Assembly: GCA_963931155.1 (NCBI GenBank)
Contig: OZ006978.1
Coordinates: 1,498,289-1,562,288, forward strand
Length of the DNA stretch: 64,000 bases
Direction of reading: 5' to 3'
DNA from: an uncultured Clostridia bacterium
GTDB lineage: Bacteria > Bacillota > Clostridia > TANB77 > CAG-508
Part shown: piece after piece, positions 13,201 to 21,500 of the stretch
Layout of the letters: the number at the start of each line of letters is the position of its first letter
How positions within the stretch are numbered: the stretch's first letter is position 1
Made by a program: the position numbers and the translations under genes
Notes under the pieces: model-generated
What the model was told of the DNA's origin: nothing
The model's input: only the letters and a program-made list of their open reading frames with translations
Database searches by the model: none

Positions 13201-13740
13201 ATTTCTAACATATGGAATGATTATGAAGAAAAACAGCAAGAATATGCAAAAAGTAAAGAGTTAGAACAAAAGCTTGCAAAATTACCAATAGAAGAAGCGT
13301 TAAAGGAAAATATAGATAATAGCACCGATAATACAAATGGTGTAAGCAAAAATCAAAATAAGCTAGAAGAAAACAATAATACTTCCAACAAAGATGTAGC
13401 GCATGGAACAACAAATGAAAACGATGATAGAAACTCAGGCAATAATTCAAATACAAGCACAGACAACAGTTACGTTTCAGTTTACAATGCGGAAACAAAA
13501 GAATATGAGGTATACAGCGAAAACGAAATACTAAACGAAAGTGGAGAAACACCAGTATCAGAAACAGAAAAGATAAAACAAAACGGATTAGAAGGAATAT
13601 ATGGATATAATGCAAAAGAAGAAACAAAGCCACAAACAAATGGAGCAATAATAGTAATAGCAACAATAGTTGTAGCAGTAATTGCGTTGGTTATTTTAAG
13701 AAAAATTGTTGTAAAAAATAATACAAAAAAGAAAAAATAA
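4228..13740 (+). CDS. Giant (3170 aa) cell-surface protein, paralog B: Ig/Fn3-like repeats, CBM-like jelly roll, three GLUG-like beta-helix modules, sorting signal
   Basis: GTG start 7 nt after GAGG. Basic N-terminus followed by a TM helix (LPTFILIGLILMIIIIAIIYYVF). Repeated beta-sandwich signatures (SSEYEIRGIFYY, NTKYRIDVITT, NEEYRIIVYA). Three copies of the ...DW..I......NY.LM.D(L/I).F... module, each followed by many GG[IL][IV]G repeats. C-terminus is KPQTN-G, then a hydrophobic helix, then KNNTKKKK. Confidence 0.9.
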   Translation: MRKDRINKTQVNNKKIRKEKRGLNNKGKRVNVKNLPTFILIGLILMIIIIAIIYYVFLRYAPEQIITYSGYAIEGQALAENLKNSDISNVKPYLDLVEVQENDLLYKRLNSYYVGEDDKKEIDINYPIYINEGNALLNIGKNTKLITVNYEEVAGYPEFMMTDGVMYNGADLTRADGNKYIFLKSEDEIYTNVGAIKITTATNTYNIKEFSNIYFTENSITYYEMEEDSNVQNWYMKYKRIDDIDNNSKIEVKGETISYKTFLERLGLIDSEENVNNTDKEKTTNEISENTVEKPEQVNEESSANENNNITTEATTDSKEENKEPEWQEGMWEKPEVSCTDFEGEVYTIRTNLSVRDRAGVITRGITFEIYLDGRLNRRVQVAQAGTLEITNLRPSSEYEIRGIFYYNDENGIEQEEEFYTGKVSTKSIDTLGTLDFSFQNGEIYSNKIEIIHLKLNNNIDEEVVRGISRLQVEIGDVAYRLTNAQIDELKAGKEITYQTSENLTSNSKIKYEITAFDRFGNELKEKNNEGETITSKQMPTASIRPTKQDVTEIEIEVVLNNKDNVKLENYRYEITNPSGDIVKQGILGTGNSNGSNNGQVGEDGSLIAGGNINDGHKETLKFNDLDPNGYYQIVIYGDYDLEDGTGIKENAELGRGSFVTRPIASLGYMQVKIDDKEITQNSMDLGISIDENQTDARLLAILDKVEVVIYDEGKNTDNDGQQGQEEQSKETEVQRITFMQEQVQQIKTSEEVELSIEQLNSNTKYRIDVITTVRQGTVEEVVEDKQNIEQLITLKMPAEVQIKNQFVIGTMIDLDMRIEDIDSSVLTNKVRIEVRDKDNKLIDLSEMSTNAEYERKVYEDLTPNEEYRIIVYAPQYNIGSTDKTYKADYILKEIKIVTETGISGRLDLIGLEKTPTGKNLIDVSSKVNWFERCFNISNKYGLSYNEENKILKLGGSMWTNNINYYDLSKYLGQQVTISFKAREQNNTNLDILEINNNDFIETKYTAYYTINDLNNEWQEYNYTVTLSKTGYIGFYVTANNAVVEMQDLQIELGNKKTDYEEFKYDYNANIAVTVNDERNEIVTNDYYIRIYKNNEQIQELRYEEIGENNKVENAQKTYNIEPDANYKIELLVKIGERFYELDSQEFSTEGSREVKGIFNLQDYLKIQPYGEYIVLDYIDLSNAKYSFGVVNVLSFDGTIDFNGNKLINADYFSDGNRVFQEMGSTGIIENIVFEVKINGKTPVNAFGGLTQINYGTIRNVQINVIESIEKANYTVFLMAYDNYGTIENFVVNYQEPIYAEYPSLTYVNHGILRNGYMYGKNIQEISQTTKLTGAFTKSNNDSGMIENIYTLVNIDNVYKTHQTANIAGNNNNNATVQNVYSVGIGKNVTDLTRGPTVYSKNSTKVYNNYYFADEIFTSELETKGNMLSLWDSTFQNQILNSDGAFIVDELVNEGYYPQIKMPECMPAQEFIELPEVKDADLPDILSTKILEQGTNTVKVEFSVNNPNAETISNIQIENLEVEILSQEYSNKKSTVIAELKNPLICVSSYDVLSISTKGAYGSSYTRPYEKGERVINVDLYKEIWNINDWKAIKDSPTENYMLMADLNFANEGNAIYIDRDIYGILNGNGHSISNIYLTGNTQVIRGVYGTIKNLTINNFNQEEVITFGGFINYLGSSSIVDNVHMVDVKIHKSGDGRAGTLSNDAGASMIKNSSAQNITIITEGNQSTLHIGGLIGRISNTTIENCYVKGLSVKDEKAINSGIGGIVGVSANSNNIENCYVEGKINSANLNVGGIIGNSSNDNIENCYSKVDISATNNNIGEIVGSYAGSSLEAISNNLSIGNIYTSSGLDGMNRILGSNEGTESNNYAYENQLLNGYIREEAKGATLLGKEEVLNLNLGESYNYDKKEEGILPKLYNTEGTELLPNQDDIFLDNSDTIENVELEVESIEASKPNTTEAEVTVKIKNPKGVEITGLGIEDMEVTAVTRNVTQNGITSITVSATPTRYYDSYKLTGIKYKTKSVEEQTKEIEVEIPVQFYKEIYTYEDWQGIEEGTYQNYRLMADIDFSGKSSIKNNITVNRLEAENNLYTLKNITLEFNKGNTGLINNVKTSIKNIGFENITLTNTGSGSYFGVISNSNADIENLKFTNITIDNTGGTFDEVGVIGGTTSGNINNVELKNINVKGNTDVGGFIGQINIGVETTIQNISGDNINVEGKTNYAGGIIGRQTGTNIKIENIKIENSNVKGNGYTGGIIGVVYNISLKYLETNNTEISGGSYVGGVIGFSSMSTIWFSQVNSSNISGTGNLIGGVVGQCSSSSPYYVVVKNSKINALSTNSKYIGGIAGNNAWCGVYYYAVIDTEIISNGTNVGGVTNNSEGENDTSSVEAKWGYVKNTVVQGNSSVGGIIGYGRMVGIQVVYVNAEVKANIHSAGGLVGYGDNKYMTGATNRLVANGCMVIDSTITAPTKAGGYFGDIAKELYRTGNYYTNNYIEADVISENSSTGSLLIGGRPDENDYVLATYIYKYSTLNGDYVYSTNDNIDNKQYLVRTDLEQQNTYLSKIGIGITYWNYASLTEGKYPKILDSYLYKPELQEGVDLPVDPEISSLNILNEENEDNLNSNNQNNLTEQNGITSDNEKVTEDAGALPSYTVYPVSVNEINVDFSEVVNNYKVEGNNEQQGEQTSSADTRTYFTYYVNGEEKETVELSNSTKQTYTFKYNFRDTLEIKLTREDNVDLNNVVENTQTNLTSDESASTKINMETNAEIGTKTNIHTEIIIIKPEDVRSEASLVGSINAYLLGTNLYINGELQQGEYVNVYEGLALKSDGTVINIATNENVEQNVETVLEENAKPLETHNYKDYRINTYGTYSTVNGNIKLQIYNVRSGKLSALSNTMDIKIGNNITDNYNDKEYQTILATEGNLVDLKEMLKYPENFLTRNIKQIAQNTDEEKTEMIVLYNTGKVIVFNYVTGEVIYENNEKADSGLVDYLEGSISNIWNDYEEKQQEYAKSKELEQKLAKLPIEEALKENIDNSTDNTNGVSKNQNKLEENNNTSNKDVAHGTTNENDDRNSGNNSNTSTDNSYVSVYNAETKEYEVYSENEILNESGETPVSETEKIKQNGLEGIYGYNAKEETKPQTNGAIIVIATIVVAVIALVILRKIVVKNNTKKKK

Positions 13741-13774
13741 AGTTAATGAATTACATACTTAATTAACACAAACA

Positions 13775-13832
13775 AGCAATTAGGATAGTGTGATGTGAAA
13801 AAAATTGCATTATGTACTAATTGCTTTTTTGT
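13775..13832 (+). terminator. Stem-loop after paralog B
   Basis: AAGCAATTAG (large loop) CTAATTGCTT followed by TTTTTG. Confidence 0.5.
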
Positions 13833-13881
13833 GCTAAATCTTGTTAACTAACGATAAAAATAGTACAAAAACAGACATTTT

Positions 13882-13961
13882 TCTAAAAATGTGATAAAAC
13901 TATCACTACTATCCTCTAAAAATGTGATGATTAATACTTGAAAACTTTCTAAAAATGTGAT
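13882..13961. repeat. Three direct copies of TCTAAAAATGTGAT at exact 33-bp spacing
   Basis: Copies at 13882-13895, 13915-13928 and 13948-13961, all identical over 14 nt. They lie upstream of the ATPase gene. Confidence 0.95.
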
Positions 13962-14029
13962 AAACTAATACTGAAGTATAAAAATATTCCCAAACGTAAT
14001 GATTTATGAAAGAAGGGAGAAAAACGAAG

Positions 14030-15364
14030 ATGGAAAGATTAAAAAGGAAAATTGATAATTATCTTATTGAGTGGAAAAAGAACAATGATAGCTTGCCATT
14101 AATTATAAAAGGAGCAAGACAAATAGGAAAAACCAATGCAATAAGAAACTTTGGGCAAAATAATTATCAAACTTTTGTTGAAATAAATTTTGCTTTACAA
14201 CCACAATTTAAAACAATTTTTGAAGAAGGATTTGAAGTCGACAATATAATAAAAAATATAACTCTAAAAATGCCTGAAATAGAAATAAACGAGCATGATA
14301 CATTAATCTTTTTTGATGAAATGCAAGAATGTGTAAGTATCGCAACTTCACTAAAAGCATTTAATGAAGATGGAAGATATGATGTTATTTGCTCAGGTTC
14401 TTTAATGGGAATTAACTACAAAGAAATTGAATCAAATAGTGTTGGAAACAAAGAAGATTACATTATGAAATCATTAGATTTTGAGGAATTTTTATGGGCT
14501 AAAGGATATTCAGATGAGCAAATAGAAGATTTGTATCAACATATGAAAAAACTAAAACCGCTAAGCAATATGCAGTATGATGTGATGATGGCTAATTTTA
14601 AAGAATATATGATAGTAGGAGGTATGCCTGCTATAGTAAGCAGATTTGTGGAGAACAGAAACTTTAGTGGAATTTTAAAAATGCAACAGCAAATTTTATT
14701 GGATTATGAAGAAGATATAACTAAGTATGCTGGAGGATTAGACAAAACTAAGATACTGAACTGTTATAGAAAAATACCAGTCTTTTTAGGAAATGAAAAT
14801 AAAAAATTTCAAATATCAAAAATTGCTGATGGTGCAAGAAATAGAGAATATGTAGGTGTTGTTGAATGGCTAGAAAATGCCGGAATTGTAAATATCTCAT
14901 ACGCTATGGAACAAGCTAGCCTTCCACTAAAAGGAAATTATAATCCGGATAATTATAGATTATATTTTGCAGATACTGGATTGTTAATTGGTTCACTAGA
15001 TGAAGAAGTTCAAGAAGATTTAAGAAATAACGAAAATATGAATACTTACAAAGGAGCATTATATGAAAATATTGTAAGTGATATGTTAGTGAAAGAAGGC
15101 TATAGCTTATATTTTTACAAAGATGATAGTAAAAAAATCGAAATGGACTTTATGGTAAGAGATAAAAATTCATTAATTCCAATCGAAGTTAAAGCAAATG
15201 ATAATGCAACAATTTCACTTAATAATTTAATAAACAATAATTTATATAAAGATATTAAATATGGTATAAAGTTTTGCAACAAAAATATAGGATTTAATGG
15301 AAAGTTTTACACATTTCCGTATTTCTTAACATTTTTATTAAAAAGATTTTTAAAGGAAAAATAA
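14030..15364 (+). CDS. AAA-family ATPase (AAA_14 N-terminal domain plus DUF4143-type C-terminus)
   Basis: Walker A is GARQIGKT; Walker B-like is LIFFDEMQ. The overall length and layout match DUF4143 ATPases. ATG 14030 has the RBS AAGGGAG 10 nt upstream; the tracked start at 14006 has none. Confidence 0.75.
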   Translation: MERLKRKIDNYLIEWKKNNDSLPLIIKGARQIGKTNAIRNFGQNNYQTFVEINFALQPQFKTIFEEGFEVDNIIKNITLKMPEIEINEHDTLIFFDEMQECVSIATSLKAFNEDGRYDVICSGSLMGINYKEIESNSVGNKEDYIMKSLDFEEFLWAKGYSDEQIEDLYQHMKKLKPLSNMQYDVMMANFKEYMIVGGMPAIVSRFVENRNFSGILKMQQQILLDYEEDITKYAGGLDKTKILNCYRKIPVFLGNENKKFQISKIADGARNREYVGVVEWLENAGIVNISYAMEQASLPLKGNYNPDNYRLYFADTGLLIGSLDEEVQEDLRNNENMNTYKGALYENIVSDMLVKEGYSLYFYKDDSKKIEMDFMVRDKNSLIPIEVKANDNATISLNNLINNNLYKDIKYGIKFCNKNIGFNGKFYTFPYFLTFLLKRFLKEK

Positions 15365-15420
15365 TTTTGTGATGAGAAATTAAAAAAAATACAAAATAGT
15401 ATTCAAAATTAAAATAGTTA

Positions 15421-15429
15421 TGATATAAT
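15421..15429 (+). promoter_or_regulatory. Extended -10 promoter (TGaTATAAT) of giant paralog C
   Basis: TGATATAAT with TTCAAA 16 nt upstream. Homologous to the promoter at 3880. Confidence 0.6.
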
Positions 15430-15441
15430 AAAAATGTCATC

Positions 15442-15470
15442 GTGCCACCCGGGACAGACCACATTGGCAC
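15442..15470. repeat. REP-like hairpin, copy 1 (GTGCCA-cccgggacagaccacat-TGGCAC)
   Basis: 6-bp stem. The loop motif GGGACAGACC is shared with copies at 29106, 31479 and 32910. Confidence 0.7.
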
Positions 15471-15529
15471 AGCAAACAAGAGAAAAGGAGACTAGAAAAT
15501 ATGAGAAAAGCTAAAAACCGCATGGCTCT

Positions 15530-15545
15530 AGAGAGAGAGAGAGAG
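15530..15545. repeat. (AG)8 dinucleotide tract inside the 5' coding region of paralog C
   Basis: Read directly: ctAGAGAGAGAGAGAGAGcta. It separates ATG 15501 (frame 0) from the body of the ORF (frame 2). Confidence 0.98.
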
Positions 15546-15595
15546 CTACACTATTAAATAACCTACCAGTATTTATACTAGTAGGAATAGTTGTA

Positions 15596-18500
15596 ATGCT
15601 AATAATACTAGTAGTAATATATTATATATTTTTAAGATATTCACCAGAACAAATAATAACATATAGTGGATATGCAATAGAAGGAAAAGAGATGGTGGAG
15701 AACTTAAAGAGTAGTGATAAGTCCAAGTTAGCACCATACTTGGGCTTAATTGCTGTGCAAGAGAATGATTTGATATATAAAAAATTAAATTCATATTACA
15801 TAGGAGAAGATGATAAAAAAGAGATAGATATAAATTATCCAATATACATAAATGAAGGAAATGCCTTACTTAATTTAGGAGAGAACACAAAACTAATAAC
15901 AGTAAATTATGAAGAAGTAGAAGGATATCCAGACTTCATGATGGCAGATGGAGTAATGTATAATGGAGTTGACATAACAAGAGCAGATGAAAACAAGTAT
16001 CTGTTCCTAAAAAGTGAAGATGAAATATACACAAATGTAGAACCAATAACCATAACAACAGCAAATGGAGAGTATACAATAAAAGAGTTTAGTAACATAT
16101 ATTTTGCAGAAGACCATATAGCATATTATGAAATGGAAGGTATGCAAGGAAAAAACGAGCGAAATGAAAATAATGAAAAAAATAACGGTACAGAAGATAG
16201 AACAAATAGTGAAGTAAATAATAATGCAGAAAGTAAACAAAAAGAAAATCAAGGGAATAATAAGAACGATAATTTAAAAGACAGCTATTTACAATACAAA
16301 GAAATAAAGCCAATAGACCCAGATTCAAAGACAAAGATAAATGGAGAAACAATAACATATAAAACATTGTTGGAGAGATTAGACATTTTACAAACAGAAG
16401 ATAACAACGCAAACAATAACAACGAAGAAAATGCAACAAACGAAACAAAAGAAGATGATGTAAAAAATACGACAAACGAAGAGAATACAACCACAGGAGA
16501 AACAACAGAGCAAAACAATAATATAAGCAATAATCAAAATACAACAAATACGGAAAATAACAATAGCAACAAGGATGAAGACGAATGGCAGGAAGGAATG
16601 TGGGAAAAACCAGAAGTAAGCTGTACAGATTTTGAAAGCGATGTGTATACAATAAGCACAAATCTATCAGTAAGAGATAGAGCAAATGTCATTTCAAGAG
16701 GAATTACATTTGAACTATACTTAGATGGAAGATTAAATAGAAGAGTATTTGCAACAAAAGTAGGAAAAGTAGAGATATCAAACTTACAACCAAGTTCAGA
16801 ATATGAGATAAAAGGAATATTCTACTATACAGATGAAAACGGAGTAGAACAACAAGAAGAATTTTACAATGGAAAAGTAACAACAGAATCAATAGACACA
16901 TTAGGAACAATAGATTTTAGTTTTCAAAATGGAGAAATATATTCAAATAAAATAGAATTAAAGAACTTAAAAATAAACAACAATATAGACGAAGAAGTAA
17001 TAAAAGGAATATCAAGGTTGCAAATAGAGATAGGAGATATAGCATATAGATTAAGCAATAACCAAGTAAATGATATAAAAGCAGGAAAAGAAATAACATA
17101 CCAAACAAGTGAAAGTCTAACATCAAATAGTAAAATAAAATACAAAATCACAGCATTTGATAGATTTGGAAATGAGCTAAAAGAGAAGAACAATGAAGGA
17201 GAGACAATAACATCAAAACAAATGCCAACAGCAAGTATAAGACCAACAAAACAAGATGTAACAGAAATAGAGATAGAAGTAGTACTAAATAATAAAGATA
17301 ATGTAAAACTAGAAAACTATAGATATGAAATAACAAACCCAAGTGGAGATATAGTAAAGAGTGGAGCATTAGGCAAAAACGATAATGGCACAGATGGTGG
17401 AAACTCCAATGAAGGGGAAAACATAAATGACGGACACAAAGAAACATTAAAATTCAACGACCTAGACCCAAATGGATATTATCAAATAGTAATCTATGGA
17501 GACTACGACTTAGAAGATGGAACAGGAATAAAAGAAAATGCAGAACTAGGAAGAGGAAGTTTTGTAACAAGACCACTAGCATCATTAGGATATATGCAAG
17601 TAAAAATAGATGATAAAGAAATAACACAAAATAGTATGAATCTTGGAATAAGCATAGATGAAAACCAAACAGATGCAAGACTTTTAGCAATACTAGATAA
17701 GGTAGAAGTAGTAATATATGATGAAGGTAAAAATTTAGATAACGGTGGGCAACAAGGAGAAGAAGAACAAAGTAAAGAAACCGAAGTACAATGCCACACC
17801 TTCACACAAGAACAAGTTTCACAACTAAAAACATCAGAAGAGGTAGAGTTAGATTTACAACAACTAAACTCAAACACAAAATACAGAATAGATGTAATAA
17901 CAACAGTAAGACAAGGAACGGTAGAAGAAGTAGTAGAAGACAAGCAAAACATAGAACAATTAATAACACTAAAAATGCCAGCAGAAGTACAAATAAAGAA
18001 CCAATTTGTAATAGGTACAATGATAGACCTGGATATGAGAATAGAAGATATAGATAATGCAGTATTAACAAACAAAGTAAGAATAGAAGTAAGAGATAAA
18101 GACAATAAATTAATAGACCTAAGTGAAATGCAAACAAATGCAGAATATGAAAGAAAAACATATGAAGACCTAACACCAAACGAAGAATATAGAATAATAG
18201 TATATGCACCACAATACAACATAGGAAGTACAGATGAAACATACGAAGCAGATTACATCTTAAAAGAAATAAAAATAGTAACAGAAACAGGAATAAGTGG
18301 AAGATTAGACTTAATAGGACTAGAAAAAACACCAACAGGAAAGAACCTAATAGATGTAAGCTCAAAAGTAAATTGGTATGAAAAGTGTTTTAATACAAAT
18401 AATAAATATGGTTTAATCTATAATGCAGAAACAAAAATAGTTACATTAGGTGGAACTACATGGCCGAATCATTTAACTTATTATGATTTAAGCAAATACT

Positions 18501-21500
18501 TAGGACAAGAAGTAACAATAAGTTTTAAAGCAAAATCTGAAAATGGAAAAATTTTAAATATAATAGAAAAAAAGAATGATGATTTTAATAACACAGATTT
18601 AACAACATATTATTGGATAAAGGACTTAAATAAAGAATGGCAAGAATATAGTTATACAACTATACTCAAAACAACAGGATATATTGGATTTTATGTAGAT
18701 GCTAATACATTAGTAGAAATACAAGACTTACAAATAGAACTAAGCGATAAAAAAACAGACTATGAAGAATTCAAGTATGACTACAATGCAATTGTAGCAG
18801 TAACGTTAAATGATGAAAGAGATGAAATAGCAACAAATGATTATTATATACGAATATACAAGAACGACGAACAAATTCAAGAAATAAGATATGAAGAAAT
18901 AGGAGAAGACAACAAAGTAGAAAATGCAGAAAAAACATACAACATAGAACCAAATGCAAATTATAAAATAGAGCTTTTAGTAAAAATTGGAGAACGATTC
19001 TATGAGTTAGATTCACAAGAGTTTTCAACAGAAGGTTCAAGCGAATTGAAAGGAATTCAGAACAAAAATGATTTCTTAAAAATACAACCATATGGACAAT
19101 ATATTGTATTAGACAACATAGATTTAACAAATAATAGTGGTATTATGTATCGATTTGGAAATACTAATTTAGAATTTGAGGGAAAGATAGATTTCAATGG
19201 AAAGACTCTATTTAAAGACTGGAGTGGGGACAATACTGTACCAGTTATTTATCAACTTGGAGATAATGGAACATTGGAAAATGCAGTACTTGATGTAAAA
19301 ATGAATAATAAAAATTCTTCCGCTTTTGCTACTACATCTGGATTAGTTAGTAGAAATTATGGAAATATACGAAACATGCAAATTAATTTAACAGAATCAA
19401 ATTATAATTCAAATAATGATGCGTGGATTTTTAGTTATGAAAACCATGGAATAATAGAAAACTTTGTAGTAAATTTTCAAGTGCCATTTTATTTATCCGG
19501 TCTTGGGGGGATTTTCGGTTATCAAAATTATGGTATAATAAAAAATGGATATATTTATGGCGAAAATATACAAAACATAAATAATACTAATTCTCCTTCA
19601 AAGGCAGCGGAAATTGTTGCTAACAATGCGGGAAATGGAGAAATAGAAAATATTTATACATTAATAAGCATAGATAACGTATATGAAAAATCAGGGTATG
19701 CGAAAAATATCGTATACAGCAATGTTAATAATGCAACAGTACATAATGTGTATTCCGTAAAAATAGGAAAGAATACTAGTTTGACAAACGGACCCAATAT
19801 TTATAATGGTTCTAAAAAAGTTTATAATAGTTACTATTTTACAGATGAGACTTTTACAAATTCTTCTGAAACAAAAGGTAATAAATTATCATTATGGGAT
19901 GCAGAATTCCAAAATCAACTAATAAATAGTGATAAAGTGTTTGTAGTAGATGAACTAGTAAATGAAGGATATTATCCTCAAATAAAAATGCCGGATTGTA
20001 TGCCAGTACAAGAATATATAGAATTGCCAGAAGTGGCTGATAGCGACCTTCCAGATATATTATCAACAAAGGTACTAGAACAAGGAACAAATACAGTAAA
20101 AGTAGAATTTAGTGTGAACAACCCATCAGCAGAAACAATAGATAATATACAAATAGAAAATATAAATGTAGATATTCTTTCACAAGAATATAGTAATGGA
20201 AAAAGTACAGTAATAGCAGAATTAAATAATCCTACTATTTGTGTATCAAGTTATGATGTATTAAGTATAAGTACAAAAGGTGCATTTGGAAGCTCATATA
20301 CAAGACCATATGAAAAAGGAGAAAGAGTAATAAATGTAGATTTATATAAAGAGGTATGGAATATAAATGACTGGAAAAGTATAAACGATTCTCCAACTGA
20401 AAACTATATGCTTATGGAAGACTTAGACTTTGTAAATGAAGGGAACACTATAAGACTAGAAGCTGTACATGGTATAATAAATGGCAATGACCATACAATA
20501 TCGAATATAACATTGAAGGATATATCACTTATATTAAATTGTTATGGAACATTAGAAAATTTATATATTTATAATTTCAAACAAGAGACATTATCAAGTA
20601 GAGGACTTATTACATATGCGAACCCTAATGCACTAATAGATAATGTTCATGTTACAAATAGTTCAATAATTGTAACAGGTTCTGGACGATTTGGAGGATT
20701 AATAAGTAGTACATCAGGCTGTATTATAAAAAATAGTTCTATTACAGATTTGAATATAAATGTAACTGCAGAACAAGATGAAATGTATATTGGAGGACTT
20801 GTTGGCTATATTTATACCACAAGCATAGAAAATTGCTATGTTCAAGGGCTAAACATAAAAGACTTAAAAGGAGTAAATGCAGGAATTGGAGGGCTTGTTG
20901 GAACGGGAACTGATGCAAATAGTATAATAAATTGTTATGCAGAAGGAAAAATAGATTCGAATAATTTAAATGTAGGAGGATTAATAGGTTCTACTACTAG
21001 TATTAATATTGAAAACTGTTACTCTAAAGTAAATATATCAACTACAAATAGTAATATAGGAGGTATAATAGGAAGTTACTCACTAACTGATTTAAGAACT
21101 ATTACAAACAATATAAGCATAGGAAACATATATACTACATCAGGATTGGATGCTTTGAATAGAATTGTTGGAAATAATGGAGAATTAACAACTAACAATT
21201 ATGCATACGAAAAACAATTATTAAATGGGTATGTAAGAGCGGATGAAAAAGGTGCTACCTTATTAAATAAAGAAGAAATATTAAACTTAAACTTAGGAAC
21301 AAAATATAATTATGAAGGAAAAACAGAAGGAATATTGCCTAAATTATATAACACAGAAGGTACTAAAATATTACCTAATCAAAAAGATATACTAATAGAA
21401 GATAATTCTTTATCAGGTGCAACGGGCTTGGAGATAGAAAGCATAGAAGCTACAAAGCCAAACACAACTGAAGCAGAAATATCAATTAGAATAAAAAATC

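Noticed and set aside
2436-15364. AbiE pair plus the DUF4143 ATPase as parts of one multi-gene defence system
   Set aside because: They are separated by a 9.5-kb surface-protein gene and have independent promoters and terminators. There is no evidence of functional linkage.
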